DNA of 59,594 bases from an uncultured Chitinophaga sp. (GTDB taxonomy: Bacteria; Planctomycetota; Phycisphaerae; Phycisphaerales; SM1A02): NCBI GenBank assembly GCA_964430235.1, contig CAYSFS010000001.1, positions 1-59,594 of the forward strand, read 5' to 3'. The notes below the pieces were generated by a model, which was not told the origin of the DNA, did not search any database, and was given only the letters and a program-made list of their open reading frames with translations. A program made the position numbers and the translations under genes. Shown piece after piece: positions 20,232 to 29,120 of this stretch (the first letter of the stretch is position 1; every line of letters begins with the position of its first letter).

Positions 20232-21083
20232 TTGCCGGAACTGCCGGAAATCGAGTCGATCCGCCGCGCGCTCGAACGAGCCATCGTGGGCCAGCGCATC
20301 GAGTCGGCCGTCGTCGGGCCGCACGACATGCGTGCGCGCGGCGCGGGCAGGGCTCCGACGAGGTCACGTCCCGGGCAGCCGTGGGCGACCCCGCGCCAGC
20401 TCCTCGTCGGAGGCCGCGTCGCATCGCTCGAACGGCGCGGGAAGCAGCTCGCCATCGTCGTTGACGACGGCAGGGCCCTCGTGGTGCAGCTCGGCATGTC
20501 GGGGCAGCTGCTCGTCACGCACGACGCGCCACCGACGCACCGGCACGTCACGTGGTCGCTCATGGGGCGCGGCGCCGCGCTGCTCGTCTTCCGCGACCCG
20601 AGGCGATTCGGCGGGATCGTCCCGCATGAACACGTCCACGCGATGCATGAGCGGTGGGACCGCGAGCTCGGGCCCGACGGCCTCGATGCGAGGCACGCGC
20701 CCGTCGACCGGCTGCGCGAGGGCATGCGCCACGTGAAGGCCGCGCTCCTCGACCAATCGCTGGTCGCGGGCATCGGGAACATCTACGCGGACGAGGCGCT
20801 GCATGCGGCCGGCATCCGCCCGACGCGACGGTGCGGTCGATTGACCCGCGACGAAGCGGCTCGCGTGCTCGCGGAGGCGCGGCGCATCATGCTGGGATCG
20901 GTGTCGCGCGGCGGAACGTCGCTTCGCGATCACGTGCTTCCCCAGGGCAACCCCGGGTCTGCGCGGCGACTGATCCTGGCCTACGGCCGCACCGGGCTCC
21001 CGTGCCACGGCTGCGGGCGGCCCATGAAGGGCGGTCGCGTCGCCGGGCGCTCGACCACCTGGTGCACGAAGTGCCAGCGATAA
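20232..21083 (+). CDS. mutM: formamidopyrimidine-DNA glycosylase
   Basis: The N-terminal PELPEIE follows a TTG start codon at 20232. The C-terminus has a zinc finger (CHGCGRPMKGGRVAGRSTTWCTKCQ). Confidence 0.92.
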   Translation: MPELPEIESIRRALERAIVGQRIESAVVGPHDMRARGAGRAPTRSRPGQPWATPRQLLVGGRVASLERRGKQLAIVVDDGRALVVQLGMSGQLLVTHDAPPTHRHVTWSLMGRGAALLVFRDPRRFGGIVPHEHVHAMHERWDRELGPDGLDARHAPVDRLREGMRHVKAALLDQSLVAGIGNIYADEALHAAGIRPTRRCGRLTRDEAARVLAEARRIMLGSVSRGGTSLRDHVLPQGNPGSARRLILAYGRTGLPCHGCGRPMKGGRVAGRSTTWCTKCQR

Positions 21084-21177
21084 CCAAGGAACCGAGATTC
21101 CACGGGACGTGATGGAAGGGTTCAGGGAGGATCAAGGAAGTTCATTCCCTCTCTCCCCGTAAGGAGTGTTGTCGATT

Positions 21178-21186
21178 TGTGGACAA
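21178..21186. promoter_or_regulatory. single DnaA-box-like 9-mer (TGTGGACAA = TTGTCCACA on the other strand)
   Basis: This is an exact match to the high-GC-type DnaA box. It lies in the 330-bp lower-GC spacer between the 3' ends of mutM and dnaA. Only one good box was found. Confidence 0.3.
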
Positions 21187-21414
21187 CCCGGCGAGGTCGA
21201 ACGTAAGTCCGCTGTTGACAGGTGTGTGCATTGCGAGCGCCCGTGCGCATCGCGTGTCAATTGGTCTTCGATGCACGCCATCGCGAGATCGCCCCGCCTG
21301 GCCAAGCCTTCGGCATCCATGTTCGCGGGCCACCGATTCACACGAAGCGTCCGATAGCGGCACCGGTCCCCGCACGGGATCCGTCGGCAATCGACAGCCT
21401 TCCCGCCGGTTCCG

Positions 21415-22809
21415 TCAGGCCTCGCCGCGGGCCAGCGCCTGCTCGATCCGGGCCACGTCGCTGCCGAGCGCGGGGTCGTTCTGCGAGCGCGCCGACACGG
21501 TGCGCACCGCGTGCATCACGGTGGTGTGGTCGCGTCCGCCGAAATAGCCGCCGATCTCCTCGAGCGAGAACCGCGTGTGCTTGCGCGCGAGCCACATGCA
21601 CACCTGGCGGGGCAGCGCGATGCTCTTGTGCCGGCGCTTGGACATCAGGTCGCTGAGCTTGATGTCGTAGTAGCGCGTCACGGCCTCGATGATCTGCTGG
21701 ATCGTCGGCTGCGCGGGATCGTTGCCCGCGGCCGGCCGGCCGTCGGCGATGGCCTGCTTCGCGAGTTCGAGCGTGATCGGCTGGCCCGTTGCCATGGCGA
21801 TGCCGCGCAGCCGCGCCAATGCGCCCTCGAGCTCGCGGATGTTCGCGTCGATGCGCGCGGCCACGTAGGCAGGAACGTCGTCCGGGAGCTCCAGGTCGTG
21901 GAGCCTGGCCTTCGCCTTCAGGATCTCCACGCGCGTCTCGTACGCGGGCCGGTCGATGCGCGCGACCAGCCCGCTGTTGAAGCGGCTCACCAGCCGCTCC
22001 TCGAGGTCGGGAATGTCCGCCGGGGCGGCGTCCGAGCTCAGCACCAGCTGCTTGCCCGCCTGGTAGAGCGCGTTGAACGTGTGGAAGAACTCCTCCTGGG
22101 TCTGCTCGTGGCGCGACAGGAAGTGGATGTCGTCGATCACGAGCACGTCGGCGTTGCGGAACCGATGCCGGAACTCGTGCATCCGGCCCGCGCGCACCGC
22201 CTCATGGAACACGTCCATGAAGGTGCTGCACGAGATGTACGCGATGCGGACGGACGGGTCGCGCCGCAGCATGTCCTGGCAGATCGCCTGCAGGAGATGC
22301 GTCTTGCCGAGCCCCACGCCGCCGTGGACGAAGTACGGGTTGTAGGAACGCCCGGGCTTCTGGGCCACGGCCTGCGCGGCCGCATGGGCCAGGCGGTTCG
22401 TCGGACCCACCACGAACGTGTCGAACACGTAGTCCGGCGAGAGCAGGATGCGTTCGTCGAAGAGCGCCTCGGCCGAGGGGGCCTGGACGTTCGTCGGTGC
22501 GGGGGTCGCGGCCTCCGGGACGCGCTCCCCCACGAACTTGACGCCCACCAGCCGGCCCGTGGCCGCCGCGGCGGCCGCCGTGAACGGCGGGACGCAGCAG
22601 CGCTGGAGGTAGGACAGCCGCACCGGCTCCTCGACCAGGAGCGTCAGGTTCGCGCCGTCGAGCGCGAGCACCTCGATGTCGTCGAACCAGTGCCTGCACA
22701 CCTCGGCATGGTGCCTGCGCAGGTGCTCGAAGAGCCGCTGCCTCACCGACGCCAGCGCCGCTCCCCCGCCCCGCGCGTCTTCGTTTCCATGCGGGGTTCG
22801 TGCGGGCAT
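21415..22809 (-). CDS. dnaA: chromosomal replication initiator protein DnaA
   Basis: 464 aa. Motifs FVVGPTNRLAHAAA, NPYFVHGGVGLGKTHLLQAI and VLVIDDIHFL are present, along with a C-terminal DNA-binding helix region (RHKSIALPRQVCMWLARK). Confidence 0.95.
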   Translation of the reverse strand: MPARTPHGNEDARGGGAALASVRQRLFEHLRRHHAEVCRHWFDDIEVLALDGANLTLLVEEPVRLSYLQRCCVPPFTAAAAAATGRLVGVKFVGERVPEAATPAPTNVQAPSAEALFDERILLSPDYVFDTFVVGPTNRLAHAAAQAVAQKPGRSYNPYFVHGGVGLGKTHLLQAICQDMLRRDPSVRIAYISCSTFMDVFHEAVRAGRMHEFRHRFRNADVLVIDDIHFLSRHEQTQEEFFHTFNALYQAGKQLVLSSDAAPADIPDLEERLVSRFNSGLVARIDRPAYETRVEILKAKARLHDLELPDDVPAYVAARIDANIRELEGALARLRGIAMATGQPITLELAKQAIADGRPAAGNDPAQPTIQQIIEAVTRYYDIKLSDLMSKRRHKSIALPRQVCMWLARKHTRFSLEEIGGYFGGRDHTTVMHAVRTVSARSQNDPALGSDVARIEQALARGEA

Positions 22810-22837
22810 GCGAATCGTCCTGTCCTTCGGGAAGGCT

Positions 22838-22861
22838 GCGCGCGACGCCGCGCGCGACGCC
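22838..22861. repeat. perfect tandem 12-mer x2 (GCGCGCGACGCC) upstream of dnaA
   Basis: Read directly from the sequence: 22838-22849 is identical to 22850-22861. The repeat lies 29-52 nt upstream of the dnaA ATG. Its function is unknown. Confidence 0.9.
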
Positions 22862-23010
22862 GATCTCCCGCGGCACCGGGGCCGGTCGGGAAGTGAATCA
22901 CGTTGGGATGCGCGGAGAAGTCTTGCCCACCACGCCGCGCGAACAGCAGGCGCAATGTAGGCCCGGCCCGGCCGAGCGTCAACCGTTTCGCGGGGATGCG
23001 CCGGCGCGGG

Positions 23011-24036
23011 TCACTTCTCGGATCCTTCCATGGGCTCGCCGGTGTCCACGGCCTGGGTCGCGGCCTCCCGCCCCGCCTCGCCCGCGGCCGCCAGCATCGC
23101 CTCGTGCCGGGCACGGTTGGTCCGGTGATCCATGAGCAGGTGCACGCGCGCCGCGCGTTCCGCTCCGGCCACCTCCTCGATGCGGGTGCGCGCGAACGGC
23201 ATCAGCGTGCGCCGCGAGACGTGCACGATCACGATGTCCTGGGCGTTCCATGCATCGAACAGCGGGCGATAGTCCTCGATGTGCAGGTGCTTGCCGATGC
23301 GCGCGCGGTCGCGATGCTCGTCCTCGAAGAACGTGCACTCGCTCACCACGACCTTGGCGTTCCGGAACTCTTCGCGCAGCAGGAACTCGCCCGGCTCGGT
23401 GTCGCCGGTGTAGGCGACCAGCGGGATCTCCATGGTCCGCGTGATCTCGTGGCCCGCGGCGCGCAGCTCGCGCAGGCGGTCCTGCGAGAGCCCATGGAAT
23501 TCGTCGCGCAGCTTGCTGCGGCGCTCGATCACCACGAACGCGAGCGCGGGCGTGGTGTGGCTCACCTCGATCGCGCGCACGAAGAGGTTCGCCTTCAGCG
23601 CGAACTCGCCGTCGGGCTCGATGGGGACGATCTCGTGCGGGGTGCGCTGGCGCTCGAGGTCCACCCACGACGCCATCATGCGCCGCAGCGGCTCGGCCAT
23701 GGCCGGGTGCACCAGGCATCGCGCCGTGCCGGGCATCTTCTGGAAGAAGCGCTGGCTGAACCAGTACGGCAGCCCCGCCACGTGGTCCATGTGCGCGTGG
23801 CTGAGCGCCACGGTCGGGGACGCCAGCACCGGCCTCGGGCACAGCCCGATGTCGAAGGCAAGGTCGAACTCGGGCACGTGCACCACCGCCTGCTCGCCGG
23901 CGACGGACACTCCCTGGATGCGGTACGGGGCCGAGTACACGAACCCGAGCCTGGCCTCCTGCGGAGGCATGCGTGGAACCATCGGGTGAATCTCCTCTCG
24001 CGGCGCTTTCGCGCGGCGGGGTTGAAATGCGATCAT
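23011..24036 (-). CDS. MBL-fold metallo-hydrolase (RNase Z-like)
   Basis: HxHxDH motif (LSHAHMDHVAG). The length and layout resemble RNase Z/ElaC-type enzymes. The start may instead be the internal MVPRM at 23982. Confidence 0.82.
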   Translation of the reverse strand: MIAFQPRRAKAPREEIHPMVPRMPPQEARLGFVYSAPYRIQGVSVAGEQAVVHVPEFDLAFDIGLCPRPVLASPTVALSHAHMDHVAGLPYWFSQRFFQKMPGTARCLVHPAMAEPLRRMMASWVDLERQRTPHEIVPIEPDGEFALKANLFVRAIEVSHTTPALAFVVIERRSKLRDEFHGLSQDRLRELRAAGHEITRTMEIPLVAYTGDTEPGEFLLREEFRNAKVVVSECTFFEDEHRDRARIGKHLHIEDYRPLFDAWNAQDIVIVHVSRRTLMPFARTRIEEVAGAERAARVHLLMDHRTNRARHEAMLAAAGEAGREAATQAVDTGEPMEGSEK

Positions 24037-24155
24037 GCATGCTACGGACGATGGTCCGGAATGCGGTTATGTGAGGCCGATGCACGGAACCTCTCCGAAC
24101 AAGGCGGAATTTCCCTTGCAGTCCGTCGCGCGGGAACCGAACCTTCGGGGTTGCC

Positions 24156-24473
24156 ATGCGCATTGCCCCAGACTCCAACCCCGTCAGGAGCGAGTTCGCC
24201 GATGACCCGGACATGGCCGACATCGTGGCCCTGTTCGTCTCGGAGCTCCCCAAGCGCGTCGCCTCGATGCAGGAAGCCCTCTGTTCGGGTGACATCCCGC
24301 AGGTGCGGGTGCTTGCGCACCAACTGAAGGGTGCCGCGGGCGGCTACGGCTTCCCGAAGCTCGGCGAGGCCGCGGCGCTCGTCGACCTGGGCATCAAGGA
24401 AGGATGCGACGAGAACGTCGTCCGGAGCCGGCTCGGGATGCTCGCGGCGTTCGCGGCCCGCATCCGCCCGTGA
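24156..24473 (+). CDS. stand-alone Hpt (histidine phosphotransfer) domain protein
   Basis: 105 aa containing the Hpt signature VLAHQLKGAAGGYGF. Confidence 0.72.
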   Translation: MRIAPDSNPVRSEFADDPDMADIVALFVSELPKRVASMQEALCSGDIPQVRVLAHQLKGAAGGYGFPKLGEAAALVDLGIKEGCDENVVRSRLGMLAAFAARIRP

Positions 24474-24528
24474 AGCGATGGCGACCCATGGAACCACGCC
24501 GGCATCCCCATAGCATGGACGTCCGGCG

Positions 24529-25452
24529 ATGACGGCGTCCCAAGGCCCGCTTCCCAGGCTGCTCGCGATCGACGACTCCGAGCTGATCCACCGGCTCCTG
24601 CGGGTGCGGCTGCAGCATGAGCCGCTCGAGATCCATGGCTCGATGGACGCGCGCGAGGGCCTCGAGCTCGCGCGCCGGATGGTCCCCGACGTCATCCTGC
24701 TCGACATCGAGATGCGCGGGATGGACGGGTTCCAGGTGCTGCAGGCGCTGAAGGACGATGTCAACCTCCAGGACATCCCGGTCATCTTCATCTCGGCCAC
24801 GGCCAGCATGGAGGACCGCGTCCGGGCGATCGACCACGGCGCCATCGACTTCGTCGCCAAGCCCTTCGAGGTGGTCGAGCTGAAGGCGCGGGTGCGCAGC
24901 GCGCTCCGCATCCACCAGATGGTGAAGATGCTCGCGCAGAAGGCCCAGGTGGACGGCCTGACGGGCCTCTGGAACCGCACCTACTTCGACCGGCGCCTCC
25001 ACCAGGAGGTCTCCGAGGCCGTTCGCCACGGTCGCAGCGTGTCGCTGGTGATGTGCGACGTCGACGGGTTCAAGCGGCTGAACGACGAGTGCGGCCACCC
25101 GTTCGGCGACGCGGTGCTCGAGCGCGTCGCGCGCATCCTGCAGGGCGGGCGCACGAGCGACATCGCGTGCCGGTACGGCGGCGAGGAGTTCGGGATCATC
25201 CTCCCGAACACCCTGGGCACCGAGGCCGTCGACGTCGCCGAGCGCTACCGCGTGGCGATCGAGGCGGAGACGTGGCCCGGGCCCGCGGGCCGCGTGATCA
25301 CGGCCAGCTTCGGCGTGTCGGACCTCTCGCTGCTCGTGGGTTCGCAGGGGTCGGACGACCTCGTGGCCTCGGCGGACGCGGCGCTCTATCGCGCGAAGAT
25401 GAACGGCCGCAACCGCATCGAGGTGGCGCCCGTGGCGCGCCCGGCCGGTTGA
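24529..25452 (+). CDS. response regulator receiver + GGDEF diguanylate cyclase
   Basis: REC domain (RLLAIDDSELI...DVILLDIEMRGMDG...AKPF) followed by a GGDEF domain with an active-site RYGGEEFGIILP. Confidence 0.92.
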   Translation: MTASQGPLPRLLAIDDSELIHRLLRVRLQHEPLEIHGSMDAREGLELARRMVPDVILLDIEMRGMDGFQVLQALKDDVNLQDIPVIFISATASMEDRVRAIDHGAIDFVAKPFEVVELKARVRSALRIHQMVKMLAQKAQVDGLTGLWNRTYFDRRLHQEVSEAVRHGRSVSLVMCDVDGFKRLNDECGHPFGDAVLERVARILQGGRTSDIACRYGGEEFGIILPNTLGTEAVDVAERYRVAIEAETWPGPAGRVITASFGVSDLSLLVGSQGSDDLVASADAALYRAKMNGRNRIEVAPVARPAG

Positions 25453-25455
25453 GCG

Positions 25456-26214
25456 ATGGCCGTCGCGCACGACCAGGGAATCTGCATCCGGCACTGGGAC
25501 TTCAGCGAGACCAGCCAGACGGTCACGCTGTTCGGCCGCGAGGGCGGCCTGGTCCGGGGGCTCGCGAAGGGCGCACGGCGCGAGCGCGGCGCATTCGACG
25601 GCGGCATCGACCTGCTCTCGCGCGGCGAGTTCGGCGTGATCCGCAGCGCGCGAAAGGAGCTCGCCACGCTCACCGAGTGGGACCTGCTCGAGGTGTTCCC
25701 GCGCCTGCGGACCGACCTGCACGCGAATCGCGCCGCCTTCTACATGGCGGACGTGCTCGGGCGGATGCTCCTCCCCGACGACCCGCATCCGGCGCTCCAC
25801 GACCGCTTCGTGCGCTCGCTGCGGGCCCTCGGCGGCGATTCGCCGGGCGAGGGACCGTCGATCGACGGCCCCGCGGCGCTCCTCGCGTTCCAATGGTCGT
25901 TGCTCTGCGAGACCGGGCATCGCCCGGACATCGACACGGCGGCTCCCGAGGGTCCCGAAGTCGTCGAGTTCCTCCCGGAGGCCGGCTTCTTCTGCGAGCC
26001 GGGGCCCCGTGCCCCGGCGGGCGCGCGATGGAAGGTGCGGCGCTCCACGGTCTCGCAGCTGCGCGCATGCGAGTCGGGCAACGACGCCGAATGCGCACCC
26101 GGCGCCGTCGAGCGCGGCAACCGGTTCCTCGCGGCGTGCGTCCGCCACGTGCTCGGCTCGGAGCCTCCGACCATGGCGGCGCTCTTCGCCGCGCCCGCGC
26201 GTTCGTCAGCCTGA
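25456..26214 (+). CDS. recO: DNA repair protein RecO
   Basis: 252 aa. The N-terminal OB-fold pattern (GICIRHWDFSETSQTVTLFGREGGLVRGLAKGARR) is typical of RecO. The gene starts 3 nt after the GGDEF gene stop. Confidence 0.82.
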   Translation: MAVAHDQGICIRHWDFSETSQTVTLFGREGGLVRGLAKGARRERGAFDGGIDLLSRGEFGVIRSARKELATLTEWDLLEVFPRLRTDLHANRAAFYMADVLGRMLLPDDPHPALHDRFVRSLRALGGDSPGEGPSIDGPAALLAFQWSLLCETGHRPDIDTAAPEGPEVVEFLPEAGFFCEPGPRAPAGARWKVRRSTVSQLRACESGNDAECAPGAVERGNRFLAACVRHVLGSEPPTMAALFAAPARSSA

Positions 26215-27456
26215 CGCGGGCGACACCAGCGCGCGCAGCGTCGGGCGGAGCGGGAACTCGCGGATCACCGAGCGCAGGTCGTCCGGGGTCAGCGACTCGA
26301 TCCGCGCGATCTCGTCCTCGAGCGACGCGTGCACGCCGCGGTAGAGCCACAGCGCGCCCAGGCGCCGCATCCGGCCCGCGGGCCGCTCGCCGCCGATCGT
26401 CACCGCGGTCACCACCTTCGCGCGCGCGTTCGCGAGTTCCTCGGGGCGCAGGTCGTCGGCGACCCGGGCCAGCTCGGCACGCACGATGCCGTCGACGCGC
26501 TCGACGTCCTCGGGCCTGCACGCCGCGTAGGCGACGTACTCGCCGACGCCGTCGTGGCCGTCGAACTGCATCTGCGCCTCCTCGGCGATTCCGGGCTCGA
26601 TGAGCGACCAGTAGAGCCTCGACCCCTCGGAGTCCCCGAGCACCTGCGCCACCATCGCGGCCGCGTAACGGCGGGGATCCTGCGTCGACGGCGCCGGGCA
26701 GAGCCACGCGAGGTAGGCGCGGTTGGCCTGCGGCATCGCCACCTCGACCCGCTCCTCGTGCGCATGGAACGCCGGGTGGGCGCGTCCGGTCTCGCCGCGC
26801 TGCCAGCCGCCGCAGGTCCGCCGCACGTCCTCGACGAAGGCGTCGAAGTCAAGCTTGCCCGCGGCGCACACCACGGTGTTCGCCGCGCCGTACCGCCGGT
26901 CGAAGTAGTCCTTCATCTGGTCGCGCGTGAGGGCGCCGACCGTCTCCCGCGTCCCGAGCACGCGGTGCCCCAGCGGGTGCGCGCCGAAGTACCGCTCGTT
27001 GGCGTGCTCCCACAGCCGCCAGAACGGGTTGTCGTCGTACATCGCGATCTCCTCGAGGATCACGCCCTTCTCCTCGTCGAAATCCGCCTGGCGCAGGGCC
27101 GGCCGCATGATGTCGGCGATGATCCCGGTCGCGGTCCCGAGGTGCTCCGGCAGCACGTGCGCGTGGAACGCGGTGAGCTCGCCGGTGGTGAACGCGTTGT
27201 GGTCCGCGCCGATGCGGTCGAAGTCGCGGTTCACGTCGTCCGGCGTGCGGCGTTCCGTGCCCTTGAACACCATGTGCTCGAGGAAGTGGCTCACGCCCAT
27301 CAGCTCGCGCGGCTCGTCGCGCGCGCCGGTCTTGACGAAGAAGCCGACCGCCGCGGTGTGCGCGGTGGGGTCGGTCTCCGCGATCACCGTGAGCCCGTTC
27401 TCGAGCGTGGCCTGCCGGAATTCGAATGCCATGGCTCCATCGTATGGCTCCGGCAC
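26206..27456 (-). CDS. M16 (pitrilysin) family zinc peptidase
   Basis: Inverted zinc motif HxxEH (GVSHFLEHMVFKGT) and the typical two-domain length of 416 aa. Confidence 0.92.
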   Translation of the reverse strand: MPEPYDGAMAFEFRQATLENGLTVIAETDPTAHTAAVGFFVKTGARDEPRELMGVSHFLEHMVFKGTERRTPDDVNRDFDRIGADHNAFTTGELTAFHAHVLPEHLGTATGIIADIMRPALRQADFDEEKGVILEEIAMYDDNPFWRLWEHANERYFGAHPLGHRVLGTRETVGALTRDQMKDYFDRRYGAANTVVCAAGKLDFDAFVEDVRRTCGGWQRGETGRAHPAFHAHEERVEVAMPQANRAYLAWLCPAPSTQDPRRYAAAMVAQVLGDSEGSRLYWSLIEPGIAEEAQMQFDGHDGVGEYVAYAACRPEDVERVDGIVRAELARVADDLRPEELANARAKVVTAVTIGGERPAGRMRRLGALWLYRGVHASLEDEIARIESLTPDDLRSVIREFPLRPTLRALVSPASG

Positions 27457-27552
27457 CCGATGGTTCGATTATGGGTCTCGCCTCGCGCGGATGATTCCGC
27501 ATTCGCGCCGGCGCGACTGGATTCGTGCCGCGACCGAACCGAAGGTACGGGC

Positions 27553-27894
27553 ATGGACAGCCCACTCCGCCGACCCCACGTGAAGCGCGCGAGCGCGTTC
27601 CTCGAGGCCGTCGAGCGCCGGGACACGAACCGGCACGGCGGCATCGGCGAGTTCATCCTCTTCTGGCACCATGATCCGTCGCAGTGCTGCGTCTACGAGG
27701 CGCTCGACACCAGCGGGACGGGCGCGCGCATCCGCACGGACGCACCGCTTCCCGAGGGCATGACCGGCGTCGCGGTCCGCTACGAGCCGGGGGCCATCGA
27801 GATCAACCGCGCGATCATGGTGGTGTGGTCGCGCGGGATCCGCGACTCCGAGGGCCGCGTCAGCCACCACGAGGCGGGCATCCGCTACCTCTGA
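27553..27894 (+). CDS. small PilZ-like (c-di-GMP-binding) protein
   Basis: 113-aa reading frame with strong GC3 bias. It contains RxxxR (RRDTNR) followed by DxSxxG (DTSGTG), the two PilZ signature motifs. The call is motif-only. Confidence 0.55.
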   Translation: MDSPLRRPHVKRASAFLEAVERRDTNRHGGIGEFILFWHHDPSQCCVYEALDTSGTGARIRTDAPLPEGMTGVAVRYEPGAIEINRAIMVVWSRGIRDSEGRVSHHEAGIRYL

Positions 27895-27927
27895 CCGGCG
27901 GTCCATCCATCACGGGCTCATGTCAGT

Positions 27928-27962
27928 GCCCCGGCGCGCAACGAAGTCCCGCGCGCCGGGGC
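27928..27962. terminator. GC-rich hairpin between convergent PilZ-like gene and lipA
   Basis: 12-bp perfect stem (GCCCCGGCGCGC at 27928-27939, GCGCGCCGGGGC at 27951-27962) with an 11-nt loop. There is no clear U-tract. Confidence 0.45.
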
Positions 27963-27978
27963 GCTCCTTCTCCGGGGA

Positions 27979-29040
27979 TCAGCGATCGCCCGCGGGCAGG
28001 CGCTCTGCCTGCTCCTCGGCGTGGTAGCTCGACCGCACCAGCGGGCCGCTCTCGCACACGCGGAAGCCGCGCGCGAGGGCCTGGCGGCGGAACTCGGCGA
28101 ACGTGTCCGGGTGCACCCAGCGGTCGATCGGCAGGTGGTTGCGCGTGGGCTGCAGGTATTGCCCGATCGTGAGGACGTCGGCGTCGCTCGCGGCGCGCAC
28201 GTCGTCCATCAGGCCGAGCACCTCGTCGTCGCGCTCGCCGATCCCCACCATGATGCCGGTCTTCGTCACGAGCCCGCTGCGCTTGAACTGCGCGAGCACC
28301 GCGAGGCTGCGCTCGTATCGCGCCTGCGGGCGCACCGCGGGGTGCATGCGCCGCACGGTCTCCATGTTGTGCGAGAGGATCTCCGGGCGCGCGTCGCACA
28401 CCGCCTGGATCGCGCGCTCGTCGCCCTGGAAGTCGCCCACCAGGCACTCGACGCTCATGCCGGGGCACGCCTCGTGGACGCGCTCGATGGTCTCGGCCCA
28501 GATCGCCGCGCCGCCGTCCGGAAGCTCGTCGCGGTTCACGCTCGTGATCACCACGTGCTTCAGGCCCATGAGCGCGAGGCTCGCGGCCACGCGCCGCGGT
28601 TCGTCCGCGTCAAGCACGGGAGGCCGTCCCGTCTTCACGTTGCAGAACCCGCACGAGCGCGTGCAGGTGTCGCCCAGGATCATGATGGTCGCGGTGCCGC
28701 GGCCCCAGCACTCGCCCATGTTGGGGCACGACGCCTCCTGGCAGACCGTGTGCAGCCGGTGCTCGTCGATGATCGACTTCAGGCGGTCGTAGCCGCCGCC
28801 GCCCGGCACGCGCGCGCGCAGCCAATCGGGCTTGCGCCCGATCGCGCGGTGGTGCGGCGCGTCGGGCGCGTTGTTGAGCACCATGCCCGTCAGGCTCACC
28901 GCGGCGGGCCCGACGCTGCGCGCGGTGTCGCCGCCCAGCGGCCGAGGATGCCGCGCCAGCGTGCGTGCCACGGCCTCCGGGGAGGCACCGGGCGGCGTCG
29001 AGGGCACCGGGGATGGGTTGCCGTCGTGCATGCGGAACAC
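27979..29040 (-). CDS. lipA: lipoyl synthase
   Basis: Both cysteine clusters are present (CQEASCPNMGECW and CTRSCGFCNV), along with radical-SAM layout. 353 aa. Confidence 0.95.
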   Translation of the reverse strand: MFRMHDGNPSPVPSTPPGASPEAVARTLARHPRPLGGDTARSVGPAAVSLTGMVLNNAPDAPHHRAIGRKPDWLRARVPGGGGYDRLKSIIDEHRLHTVCQEASCPNMGECWGRGTATIMILGDTCTRSCGFCNVKTGRPPVLDADEPRRVAASLALMGLKHVVITSVNRDELPDGGAAIWAETIERVHEACPGMSVECLVGDFQGDERAIQAVCDARPEILSHNMETVRRMHPAVRPQARYERSLAVLAQFKRSGLVTKTGIMVGIGERDDEVLGLMDDVRAASDADVLTIGQYLQPTRNHLPIDRWVHPDTFAEFRRQALARGFRVCESGPLVRSSYHAEEQAERLPAGDR

Positions 29041-29120
29041 GGAGTCTAGGCGCGACGTGCCGCGACCCCGCGCGCGGGGCGTGCGGGGTCGCGGGTACGG
29101 GTCATGGGTCCGCGTGGGTC

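Noticed and set aside
21178-21215. RNase P RNA-like strings (ACAACCCGGC and GTAAGTCCGC) in the mutM-dnaA spacer
   Set aside because: The two conserved-region look-alikes are in the wrong order and only ~15 nt apart. The spacer is too short and lacks the other universally conserved RNase P segments.
21084-23010. Calling oriC next to dnaA
   Set aside because: There is only one good DnaA box, no box cluster and no AT-rich unwinding element on either side of dnaA. I kept it as a low-confidence observation, not a feature call.
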